Shown: positions 1-8,507 of the stretch, piece by piece
Position numbering within the stretch: position 1 is the first letter of the stretch
Layout of the letters: every line of letters begins with the position of its first letter
NCBI GenBank assembly: GCA_044344255.1
Contig: JBIJDH010000032.1
Location: 1 to 61,218 of the forward strand
Length of the DNA stretch: 61,218 nucleotides
Reading direction: 5' to 3'
From: Myxococcota bacterium
Lineage (GTDB): Bacteria; Myxococcota_A; UBA796; UBA2385
Notes under the pieces: generated by a model
What the model was told of the DNA's origin: nothing
Seen by the model: the letters and a program-made list of their open reading frames with translations, nothing else
The model's database searches: none
Position numbers and translations under genes: made by a program

Positions 1-303
1 CACCCCTTCCTGCTGGGGCGATCGCCAGCCGCTACGCGTGCCGCGGTGTCCAAGGCGCTGAATCGCCTGCACGCCGGGGGAGTCCTCGCCGAGCACCTCT
101 CGCCGCACGCGCTGCGTCGGATGGCCTCCACCACGCTCCTGGAACGGGGGGTCGATCCCCTCGCCTACGAGGCGCAGATGGGCCACTCGTACACCATGGG
201 CCTCGCCGCCTACGGCGCGGCCCATGAAGAGCAACGACGAAAAACGGGAGACCTCCTCGCGCTGCCGCGCGGTGAAGTCGTCCCGTTCAGGCGGCCAGGA
301 TGA
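1..303 (+). CDS. Tyrosine recombinase/integrase, C-terminal part (gene truncated by the window start)
   Basis: Frame open from base 1 to TGA at 301-303; HALRR (HxLR), MGH and a downstream Tyr (AAYG) match the catalytic motifs; ends with VVPFR, a tail typical of phage-type integrases. Confidence 0.85.
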   Translation, partial: HPFLLGRSPAATRAAVSKALNRLHAGGVLAEHLSPHALRRMASTTLLERGVDPLAYEAQMGHSYTMGLAAYGAAHEEQRRKTGDLLALPRGEVVPFRRPG

Positions 304-305
304 TG

Positions 306-334
306 TGGCACCGAAGTGGCACAACTTCTGGCAC
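306..334 (+). repeat. Three TGGCAC direct repeats, candidate integrase arm-type sites of an att region
   Basis: TGGCAC at 306, 317 and 329 (11-12 bp period) between the integrase stop and the rpsD stop. Confidence 0.55.
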
Positions 335-368
335 AAACCTCCAAAGTGGAGGCTTGCGGCCGATCAAC

Positions 369-986
369 TTACAGCTTCTGGCTGTAGTACTCGATGACGG
401 CCTGGGTGTTCACTTCGAAGGGCACGTCTTCCTTGTTGGGAGAGACGAGCATCTTGCCGGTGGCCTTGGCGGGGTCGAACTCGAGGAAGGCCGGGCGGGA
501 GCGCTGGATGCTCTGCTCGAGGGCGGCCTGGATGAAGGGCTTGGAGCGGCTCTTGAGGCCGACCGAGATCTCGTCACCGGGGCGAACCGCACAGCTCGGA
601 CGATCCACGCGATGGCCGTTGATCTGGATGTGCCCGTGGACGACCATCTGCCGCGCAGCGGGGATGGTGGCGGCGAGGCCGAGGCGCCAGACGATGTTGT
701 CGAGGCGGGACTCCAGGGCCACGATGAGGTTGGTGCCTGCGGGGCCGCGGCTGTTGGAGGCCTTGACGACGTACCGGCGGAACTGGGCCTCGAGGAGGCC
801 GAAGTGGTACCGGAGCTTCTGCTTCTCAATCAGGCGGACCTTGTAGTCCGACGACTTGCCCTTGCGGCGCTCCCCATGCTGCCCGGGCGGGTTCTGCCGC
901 TTCAGGGTGGGGTCGACGGTGAGGCCGGGGAGGATCACCCCGAGGCTGCGGCAGATCTTGATCCGGGGTCCGAGATAACGAGCCAT
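369..986 (-). CDS. rpsD: 30S ribosomal protein S4 (stand-alone copy, no zinc-ribbon cysteine set)
   Basis: MARYLGPRIKICR...PPGQHG, EKQKLR, LESRLDNIVWRLG, ARQMVVHGH, IEYYS; ATG at 986. Confidence 0.97.
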   Translation of the reverse strand: MARYLGPRIKICRSLGVILPGLTVDPTLKRQNPPGQHGERRKGKSSDYKVRLIEKQKLRYHFGLLEAQFRRYVVKASNSRGPAGTNLIVALESRLDNIVWRLGLAATIPAARQMVVHGHIQINGHRVDRPSCAVRPGDEISVGLKSRSKPFIQAALEQSIQRSRPAFLEFDPAKATGKMLVSPNKEDVPFEVNTQAVIEYYSQKL

Positions 987-1173
987 CGTTCCGTATCCAT
1001 GAACTCGAGGAAGGGATGCCACAAGGGGCGGCCGGATCGCGAAGGTCTCGGCCGCGCCACTGCTCTGGGGGTTCGTACCGATGCGAAGACCGCATCATCT
1101 GGGACGGCGCGGGGACCGCGTCGTTCGAGGGTTGAACACCGAGAGCCACGAGGGCGGGAAGCAACGAACCGCG

Positions 1174-1202
1174 GGTCTATCGAGCGAAGGGTGGCCCGTC
1201 AA
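1174..1202 (-). promoter_or_regulatory. Sigma70-type promoter for rpsD
   Basis: Minus strand TTGACG-17 bp-TAGACC, about 190 nt upstream of the rpsD ATG. Confidence 0.6.
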
Positions 1203-1306
1203 GCCGCCGACTCCGCCCGCTCGGCCCCGACCGCAGCACCGCCGAACCACGAGGGCACATCCGTGGCGCGCCCTGCGGTATGATGTCGGCAACCTGGAGC
1301 CCGCCC

Positions 1307-2086
1307 ATGTTGGGAGCGACATCCCCCTCAACGTTGATCGACACCCGAACGACGTCGTCGTGCTCGTCGCTGGGCTCTCCCCCGCCCACGCCGTCGCTCG
1401 TCCCTACCCCGGGCGGCCTGCGCCGCGGCGCCCTCCGGCGCCTCCGACGCGGCATGACCCTGCTCGAGATCGTGATCGTGCTGGCGATCGTGCTGATCAT
1501 GACCTCGATCGGCATCGGGATGTCGAGCGACGTCATCCCCCGCTACCGCACCCGGAAGGCCGCCATGACCTTCTCCGCCAAGGTGCAGGAGTGTCGAGCC
1601 TTGGCCGTACGCTCCGGTCGGGAGTGCATGATCTGGCTTCGTGACCCGGACTCCGATCCCACGAACCTCAGCCAGAACACCGGCGTCTACTGGGTCGCCC
1701 TCGGCGACTCCCGCATGGACAGCACCGGCTGGGACTACCTGCCCGTGGACGAGGGCGGCGACACCGACGCCTCCCAGGGACAGGTCGACATCGGGAACTC
1801 GGACAGCAGCGACTACGCCCGCCACGTCGGCCTCGCCGAGTGGCCCTCGATCGGCGGCCCGGGCGTGGGCAACGACAACCGGATCATCTTCGACTCGCGC
1901 GGCTTCGTGAAGAACCCGGCCAGCGACTTCGACGGCTACGGCTACATCACCGTCACCTTCATGAACAAGGTGGTCCGCGCCGCCGGCCTGAACGAGGACT
2001 ACACGGTGTCGATCAGCAAGGCCGGGATGGTGCGGGTCGATAGCACCGCGGCCAATGAATTCGCCACCGCGGGCGTCCCCACCTAG
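1307..2086 (+). CDS. Prepilin-type N-terminal cleavage protein (FimT/GspH-like minor pilin or pseudopilin)
   Basis: RRLRRG|MTLLEIVIVLAIVLI class III signal with Glu at +5; C-terminal IIFDSRG and ISKAGMVRV are FimT/GspH-like; GGAG precedes ATG 1307 (start uncertain). Confidence 0.8.
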   Translation: MLGATSPSTLIDTRTTSSCSSLGSPPPTPSLVPTPGGLRRGALRRLRRGMTLLEIVIVLAIVLIMTSIGIGMSSDVIPRYRTRKAAMTFSAKVQECRALAVRSGRECMIWLRDPDSDPTNLSQNTGVYWVALGDSRMDSTGWDYLPVDEGGDTDASQGQVDIGNSDSSDYARHVGLAEWPSIGGPGVGNDNRIIFDSRGFVKNPASDFDGYGYITVTFMNKVVRAAGLNEDYTVSISKAGMVRVDSTAANEFATAGVPT

Positions 2087-2110
2087 GGCGGCGGGCCCCG
2101 CACAGCGCGC

Positions 2111-3418
2111 TCACGTCTTCGTCACTCCGCCGCGCCCCACGGTCGCTCCGCTGCGCCCGGCGAGGGCCAAGGCGGCCGCCGAGGCCACCGCAGGGCGGCG
2201 ATCTTCGAGCAGCGGTCGGATCGACTCGAAGGCGCCCATACCGGCGAGGGCCCCGATCGTGTTGGCCACGACGAGCTCGTCCGCCGCGAGCAGCGGGAGC
2301 AGCGGCCCCGGCTCGCGCAGGCGGACCAGGGCGTCCATCGCCGGCAGGTAGAAGCCGCCGAGCGCCGAGCCGTGGGTGTTGCCGAGGTAAGCGCCGAGCG
2401 CCGGAACAACGGCGGGATCGCCCGTCTCGCCGAGGGCGTAGAGCAAGGCGCTGCGGACGGGGAACTGCACCCCGAGCCCGGCGCCCGGTCGCCCCTCATG
2501 CTCGAGGGCCTCGTCGGTCAGGGCCTGGATCAGCGCCGACCCCAGCGCGGGGAGCCCCATCCGTCCGAGCGCCAGCCCGGCCTCCCGACGGGCCGTGAAG
2601 CCGTGGCCCGGATCGTCATCCATCGCCCGCAAGACACCGAGCAGGGCGGGGACCGCGCGCGGATCGCCGTGGTAGCCGAGCGCCACGGAGATGGCGTGGC
2701 GCTCCCGTCGGCCCGACTGGTGGAGTCGGCCGAGGAAGAAGGGGAGGTCGCCCGACTGCTGTTGGGCCCCGAGGGCCTCCTGGGCCGGCCGATCGGCGGG
2801 ATCTCGACGGAGGCGCTCCCGGAGCCCAGCGCAGATCAACAGCGCAGGGAGGGGGACGACCGCGTCCGGGGGCGTTCGTTCGGATCCGGGAGAGAGGGCC
2901 GGCGGGTGGAGCAGCAGGCGCCAGCGCGCCGCCCACACGGTCGGCCCCAGGCCCACGGCGAGGGACAAGTCGCGGAGCCCATAGGCGGTGGGCAGCACCC
3001 GGTGGACCCCCGCGAGCAGGATCGCCCAGGCTTCGGCCACCGGCCAGCCGCGCCGCGCCGCGGCCCCCGCCATCGCGAGGCGCACCTCGTCCTGGGCCTC
3101 GACCGACGCCGCCGAGGCCAGCGCCTCGGCGACCGCCTCTCCGCGCGTCCCCTCCGCGGCCGTGCCCTGGCCGAGCCGGGTGGCGGCGGCTCGTCGTACG
3201 CCGGGCACCCCATCGTGGAGCAAGGAGAGGAGGCGTTCGTAGACCCCGGCCTGCGCCGGCTCGCCGATGGCGCGGATGGCGCGGACCCGAAGCGCGGGCG
3301 AGCCCAGCCGCAGGGCCCGGAGCCAGGAGGCGTCGCTGGCCCCCTCGGGCTCCCCGAGGAGCGGGTCTACGGCCGCCGCGAAGATCGCGCGGCTCACTCG
3401 ACCGAGCCGATCTCGCAT
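2111..3418 (-). CDS. HEAT/PBS-lyase repeat protein
   Basis: Repeated VRRAAATRLG, RREAGLALGRMG, VRSALLYALGETGDPAVVPAL units; start estimated at ATG 3418. Confidence 0.7.
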   Translation of the reverse strand: MRDRLGRVSRAIFAAAVDPLLGEPEGASDASWLRALRLGSPALRVRAIRAIGEPAQAGVYERLLSLLHDGVPGVRRAAATRLGQGTAAEGTRGEAVAEALASAASVEAQDEVRLAMAGAAARRGWPVAEAWAILLAGVHRVLPTAYGLRDLSLAVGLGPTVWAARWRLLLHPPALSPGSERTPPDAVVPLPALLICAGLRERLRRDPADRPAQEALGAQQQSGDLPFFLGRLHQSGRRERHAISVALGYHGDPRAVPALLGVLRAMDDDPGHGFTARREAGLALGRMGLPALGSALIQALTDEALEHEGRPGAGLGVQFPVRSALLYALGETGDPAVVPALGAYLGNTHGSALGGFYLPAMDALVRLREPGPLLPLLAADELVVANTIGALAGMGAFESIRPLLEDRRPAVASAAALALAGRSGATVGRGGVTKT

Positions 3419-3651
3419 CCAGGGAGGTCTGACGGAGGAGGACACCCCGGGAGCATGTCCCCCTCGGGGGCACCCCGCAAGTCCACAGCCTTTTCCATAG
3501 GTTCGTCCATAGCACCCGCGCGCTCGCCGCAGAGGATCGGCGCGATGGCGCCCCCCCGATCGCCGAGAACGCACCATCGGGCCCCGGTCATGCACAGGGG
3601 GCCCTCGCCCCGGATGTCGATGAGGGGCCACCGATCGACGGCCTCCCACGG

Positions 3652-3660
3652 TTGTCCACA
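3652..3660 (+). promoter_or_regulatory. DnaA-box-like site (TTGTCCACA) within a run of degenerate CCACA/CCATA boxes
   Basis: One mismatch to TTATCCACA; related 9-mers at about 3479-3511 and 3641-3688 upstream of nrdJ. Confidence 0.5.
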
Positions 3661-3683
3661 GGATGTCGCCCACAGGAGGTCAC

Positions 3684-3699
3684 CCACAAGATGTGGGGG
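3684..3699 (+). promoter_or_regulatory. NrdR box
   Basis: CCACAAGATGTGGGGG keeps the conserved CnAnATnTnG core of acaCwAtATaTwGtgt, upstream of a ribonucleotide reductase gene. Confidence 0.7.
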
Positions 3700-4058
3700 G
3701 TCTCACGCCCCGGGGGCCCTACCGCTTGTGATCTTGTGACTTCACGCTTGCCCAGCCGGAGGGGACTCGGTAATCCATGGGGTGACCGCCCTCGGGTCAC
3801 AGGGCGGCCCTGATCCCCCGTCTGCAGCTCCACCGCTCGGCGTGGATCCCTGCGTCCACCGGCCGCGGGCCTGCTTCCTCGCCCCTCCGCGCACACCGCC
3901 CCCACCGACGTCCACCTGGTCCCGGACCGCGCCGCCTGCGCCTCTGGTCGGCCCAACGTGCTGTCGTGCTCGCAGCCACCCGCTGCCCAGCCCCCTCCCC
4001 TCCCCTCCGCCGCGCCCGCCTCCCCGACTCCCTCCTCACCTCCCCGACTCGGTGATCC

Positions 4059-6860
4059 TTGGAAACCTCCCCCGCCTCCCAGGCCCCGGCCCGCCCCCTC
4101 TCCACGCCTCGCGACAACGCCCTCCCGTGGACCCGCCGCTTCTGCCCCGAGGGGGTCGATGTCTGGGACACGGTGACCTGGGAGCGCCGTGATGCCTCCA
4201 TCGGTGATGCAGGCGGCGGCGTGGTCTTCGAACAAAAGGGCGTGCTCGTCCCCTCCACCTGGAGCATGACCGCCACCAACGTGGTGGTCTCGAAGTACTT
4301 CCGCGGACACCTCGGCACGCCGGAGCGCGAGACCAGCGTGCGCCAGCTCATCGGGCGGGTGGCCGACACCATCTCCCAGTGGGGCTGGAAGGACGGCTAC
4401 TTCCAGACCGAAGAGGACGCCGCCGCCTTTCGCGACGACCTCGTCTGGCTCTGCCTGCACCAGCACCTCGCCTTCAACAGCCCCGTCTGGTTCAACGTGG
4501 GCGTCGAGGCGGAGCCCCAGTGCTCGGCCTGCTTCATCAACTCCGTCGACGACACCATGGAGAGCATCCTGGGCCTCGCCCGCACCGAGGGGATGCTGTT
4601 CAAGTGGGGATCGGGCACCGGCTCGAACCTCTCTTCCCTCCGCTCGAGCAAGGAGCCCCTCCGCGGCGGCGGCACCGCCAGCGGCCCGGTCTCCTTCATG
4701 CGCGGCTTCGACGCCTTCGCGGGCGTCATCAAGAGCGGCGGCAAGACCCGCCGCGCCGCCAAGATGGTCATCCTCGACGTCGACCACCCCGACATCCGCG
4801 AGTTCGTGCGAAGCAAGGCCGACGAGGAGCGGAAGGCTTGGGCCCTCATCGACGCCGGCTACGACGGCGGCTTTAACGTCCCGGGCGGCGCCTACGACTC
4901 GGTCTACTTCCAGAACGCCAACCACAGCGTGCGGGTCACGGACGCCTTCATGCGGGCGGTCGAGGCGGACGGCGAATGGCACACCCGGGCGGTGACCTCG
5001 GGCGAGGTGCTCGGCACCATGAAGGCTCGAGAGCTGCTCCACGACATGGCTGAGTCCACCTGGATCTGCGGCGATCCCGGCATCCAGTTCGACACGACCA
5101 TCAACGACTGGCACCCTTGCATCAACACCGACCGGATCTACGCCTCGAACCCCTGCTCCGAGTACATGTTCCTCAATGACTCGGCCTGCAATCTGGCCAG
5201 CCTGAACCTGATGCGCTTCCGCGATCCCAACGGGGAGTTCGACGTCCATCGATACCGTGAGGCGGTGCGAGCCAGCATCACGGCTCAGGAGATCCTGATC
5301 GACCGGGCGAGCTACCCGACCCCCACCATCGCCCGCAACTCGCATGACTACCGGCCCCTCGGCCTCGGCTACGCCAACCTCGGCGCCCTGCTGATGGCCC
5401 GCGGCCTCCCCTACGACAGCGATGAGGGCCGCAACTACGCCGCCACCCTCACGAGCATCATGCACGGCGAGGCCTACGCCTGGTCGGCCCGCCTCGCCGC
5501 CACCCGCGGGCCCTTCGCCGGCTACGAGCGCAACCAGAAGCCGATGCTGCGGGTCATCGCCAAGCACCGGGTCGCCGCCCACGGCGTGCCGGCGCCCGGT
5601 GTGCCTCAGGGCCTCGCGATGGCCTCTCGCGACGTGTGGGAGGACTGCACCCGCCTCGGTAAGGAGCACGGCTTCCGCAACGGGCAGGTCACCGTGCTCG
5701 CCCCCACCGGCACCATCGGCTTCATGATGGACTGCGACACCACGGGCATCGAGCCCGACATCGCGCTCATCAAGTACAAGAAGCTGGTCGGCGGCGGCAT
5801 GATCAAGATCGTCAACCAGACGGTCCCCGAGGCCCTGCGACGGCTCGGCTACAGCCCCACGGAGGAGGCCGCGATCGCCGCCTACCTCGAGCACCACGAG
5901 ACCATCGAAGGCGCCCCCTTCGTCAAGCCGGAGCACCTGCCGGTCTTCGACTGCGCCTTCAAGCCCCGAAACGGGAGCCGCACCCTCGCCCCCATGGCCC
6001 ACGTGGCGATGATGGCGGCGGTGCAGCCCTTCCTCTCGGGCGCCATCTCGAAGACCGTCAACGTGCCCCCGACCGCGACGGTCGACGACATCGCCAAGCT
6101 CTACATGGACTCCTGGCGCCTCGGCCTGAAGGCGGTCGCCATCTACCGGGATGGTTGCAAGCGCACCCAGCCGCTCAACGTGGGCAAGGACGCCGACCTC
6201 AAGGCCAAGGCCGCCGAGGCCGCCGTCGTCACCGTGGTGGAGAAGGTCGAGTACCGGCCCATCCGCCGCAAGCTGCCGAACGAGCGGCACGCCCGCACCC
6301 ACAAGTTCTCCATCGCCGGGCACGAGGGCTACATCACCGTCGGCCTCTACGAGGACGGCTCTCCCGGCGAGATCTTCCTGGTGATGGCGAAGGAGGGGTC
6401 CACCATCTCGGGCCTCATGGACGCCTTCGCCACGGCGGTCAGCCTCGCGCTCCAGTACGGCGTGCCGCTCCAGGCCCTGTCCGAGAAGTTCAGCCATATG
6501 CGCTTCGAGCCCTCGGGCTTCACGGGCAACCATGAGATCCCGATCGCCAAGAGCTTGATGGACTACATCTTCCGCTGGCTCGACCTCCGCTTTGGCAGCG
6601 GCGAAGCGCCGGCCGAGCCCGAAGAGGGGGGCCTCGAGGCCCCGGTGCAGCCCATCGTCCAGGAGAGCGCCCCCGCGCTCGCCCCGTCGCCGGTCCGCGC
6701 CGCGAAGGTGGGCGCGCCGAGCGGGGCGCAGAAGCTCGAGCGCACCGTGTTCACCAGCCAGGCCGACGCCCCGCCCTGTCACGCCTGTGGCAGCATCATG
6801 GTGCGGTCGGGCAGCTGCTACAAGTGCTTCAACTGCGGGTGCACGAGCGGCTGCTCGTAG
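4059..6860 (+). CDS. nrdJ: Class II (adenosylcobalamin-dependent) ribonucleotide reductase with C-terminal TSCPD-like and zinc-ribbon domains
   Basis: FNSPVWFN, CSACFI, GGKTRRAAKM, NPCSEY, CNLASLNL, APTGTI, ISKTVN, YRDGCK; terminal CxxC...CxxC. Confidence 0.96.
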   Translation: METSPASQAPARPLSTPRDNALPWTRRFCPEGVDVWDTVTWERRDASIGDAGGGVVFEQKGVLVPSTWSMTATNVVVSKYFRGHLGTPERETSVRQLIGRVADTISQWGWKDGYFQTEEDAAAFRDDLVWLCLHQHLAFNSPVWFNVGVEAEPQCSACFINSVDDTMESILGLARTEGMLFKWGSGTGSNLSSLRSSKEPLRGGGTASGPVSFMRGFDAFAGVIKSGGKTRRAAKMVILDVDHPDIREFVRSKADEERKAWALIDAGYDGGFNVPGGAYDSVYFQNANHSVRVTDAFMRAVEADGEWHTRAVTSGEVLGTMKARELLHDMAESTWICGDPGIQFDTTINDWHPCINTDRIYASNPCSEYMFLNDSACNLASLNLMRFRDPNGEFDVHRYREAVRASITAQEILIDRASYPTPTIARNSHDYRPLGLGYANLGALLMARGLPYDSDEGRNYAATLTSIMHGEAYAWSARLAATRGPFAGYERNQKPMLRVIAKHRVAAHGVPAPGVPQGLAMASRDVWEDCTRLGKEHGFRNGQVTVLAPTGTIGFMMDCDTTGIEPDIALIKYKKLVGGGMIKIVNQTVPEALRRLGYSPTEEAAIAAYLEHHETIEGAPFVKPEHLPVFDCAFKPRNGSRTLAPMAHVAMMAAVQPFLSGAISKTVNVPPTATVDDIAKLYMDSWRLGLKAVAIYRDGCKRTQPLNVGKDADLKAKAAEAAVVTVVEKVEYRPIRRKLPNERHARTHKFSIAGHEGYITVGLYEDGSPGEIFLVMAKEGSTISGLMDAFATAVSLALQYGVPLQALSEKFSHMRFEPSGFTGNHEIPIAKSLMDYIFRWLDLRFGSGEAPAEPEEGGLEAPVQPIVQESAPALAPSPVRAAKVGAPSGAQKLERTVFTSQADAPPCHACGSIMVRSGSCYKCFNCGCTSGCS

Positions 6861-6865
6861 GGAGC

Positions 6866-7681
6866 TCAGCCGCCGACCATCCGGCGCACCCGCTCGGGAT
6901 CGAGCGGGGCGCCGATCTGGCCGCGCTCGTGGAGGTAGGTGCCCACGATCGCGCCCTGGGCCACCGCGCGCACGGCGGCGATGTTGTCCGGGGTGGTGCC
7001 GCTGCCCACCCAGCAGGGGCGGTCGGGGACCACGCCGCGGACCTGCCGCACCCGCTCGAGGTCAGCGGGGGCGCCGGTGCGGGGCCCGGTGACGATGAGG
7101 ATGTCAGCGCCGCCGCGCCAGGCGGTCTCGCGGGCGAGCTCTTCGATGTCGGTCTGCCCCGCGGGGACCCCGTGCTTGACCAGCAGGTCCGCCGCGATGG
7201 CCACGCCGCCCGAGCGCATCCCCGTGGGCGAGGCGACCCCCACCGCCTCGAGCGCGCGGCGGTAGCGGAGGGTCTCATAGGCGGTGCCCTGGATCAGGCC
7301 CTGGTCGGTCCAGGTGGCGCTCACGTGGACGTTGACGCGGATGAACGCGGCCTCAGCCGCGACGGCGGCGCCGAGGGCGGCGAGGGCGTCGTTACGCAGC
7401 ACATTGACCCCGAGCGTGAGCGCGTCCCCGAAGCGCGCCTTCACGGCGGCGGCGAGGGCCGCCATCAGCGCCGGAACATGGGGCTCGACGCCGATCGGGC
7501 GAAAGGGAGCGTCCCCAAAGTTCTCCAAGATCACCGTCCGGATACCGCCCTCCACCAGGGCCTCGGCGTCCCGGAGCGCGCGCTCCCGAACGGCCGCCAA
7601 GCCCGGGCCCGCGACCGGGGCGCCCGGCAGGGCCAGCAAGTGGAGGACACCGACGAGAGAGAAGGGAGCTTCAGCGTTCAT
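6866..7681 (-). CDS. BtpA/SgcQ family TIM-barrel protein
   Basis: GVLHLLALPG, ENFGDAPF, GVNVLRND, TDQGLIQG, VKHG, IVTGPRTG, VGSG motifs. Confidence 0.9.
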   Translation of the reverse strand: MNAEAPFSLVGVLHLLALPGAPVAGPGLAAVRERALRDAEALVEGGIRTVILENFGDAPFRPIGVEPHVPALMAALAAAVKARFGDALTLGVNVLRNDALAALGAAVAAEAAFIRVNVHVSATWTDQGLIQGTAYETLRYRRALEAVGVASPTGMRSGGVAIAADLLVKHGVPAGQTDIEELARETAWRGGADILIVTGPRTGAPADLERVRQVRGVVPDRPCWVGSGTTPDNIAAVRAVAQGAIVGTYLHERGQIGAPLDPERVRRMVGG

Positions 7682-8399
7682 GGGCCCCGGGGGTATCCCC
7701 GAAGAGGGGGAGCTGCACGACACCCACTGGCTCCGCCCAGCCGCGCCAGGGGCCCGTGATCACCGTGCCCGCCTTCACCGGCGCGGGCTCATCGAGCGAG
7801 ATGCAGAGGGCGCCCGGGGGGGCGAGCTCAGCGAGGCGGGCCGCGGTGGCGAGGTCGGGCCCGGCGCCGATCGAGACCTCGACGCCGAAGCTGTCGAGGC
7901 CAGTGGCGGCGCGGAGGCAGAGGGAGTCGAGCTCCGGGCCGCTCATCTCGCCGCCGACAAAGCGGGTGACCGCGTCTTCGGGGCCACCGCGTCGCCCCAT
8001 GTTGCCGCTCGGGTGGAGGCGCACGACCACCACGCGCGGGCCGGTGGCGCCGGTGGCCCGCTCGAGATCTCTCTCGACGCAGCGGATGTGGCCGACCGGC
8101 CGCCACCGTTGGGGCGAGGCCGGCACCGCTCCCGGCTCGGCGACGAGGCCCTGCGGGCTCAACCGACCGATCATCGGCCGCCCGAGGCCCTGCGGGCTCA
8201 GCAACAGGTAGTCGCCCTCTCCCCCCTCGGAGAGGCGAAGACGGTCTCCCGGGCGAAGGACCTGACCGCCGATCTCCCCCCACTTCACCACCATCACACT
8301 GCCATCCCGCTGCAATTGGAGGGCGGGGACAGCGAGGGTGCGACCGCCACGAGCTGACGGGAGGGCGGCGGCGGTCGGGTTCGGGAGGGGGGAAAACAT
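7671..8399 (-). CDS. Hypothetical protein with a near-C-terminal QLPLF motif
   Basis: GGAG upstream of ATG 8399; stop overlaps the start of the BtpA-family gene; no recognised family. Confidence 0.7.
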   Translation of the reverse strand: MFSPLPNPTAAALPSARGGRTLAVPALQLQRDGSVMVVKWGEIGGQVLRPGDRLRLSEGGEGDYLLLSPQGLGRPMIGRLSPQGLVAEPGAVPASPQRWRPVGHIRCVERDLERATGATGPRVVVVRLHPSGNMGRRGGPEDAVTRFVGGEMSGPELDSLCLRAATGLDSFGVEVSIGAGPDLATAARLAELAPPGALCISLDEPAPVKAGTVITGPWRGWAEPVGVVQLPLFGDTPGAHER

Positions 8400-8507
8400 G
8401 TTCAACTCCGTTCGCTACTTCTCCCTTTCTAATGGTGCCCCGGCGCATGAGTAGGACATTTTTCGTCCACCCCAAAAAAACTCCACCGGGCCCTCACCGG
8501 GAGGAAT

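Noticed and set aside
3475..3700. Possible replication origin because of DnaA-like boxes
   Set aside because: No AT-rich unwinding element and no dnaA/dnaN/gidA nearby; better explained as nrdJ regulation.
3588..6782. 1064-aa minus-strand ORF
   Set aside because: Antisense shadow of nrdJ, expected from codon bias in high-GC DNA; no motifs.
3700..6860. Cobalamin riboswitch or intein associated with nrdJ
   Set aside because: No B12-box recognised upstream; protein motifs are contiguous with no splice-junction or endonuclease insertion.
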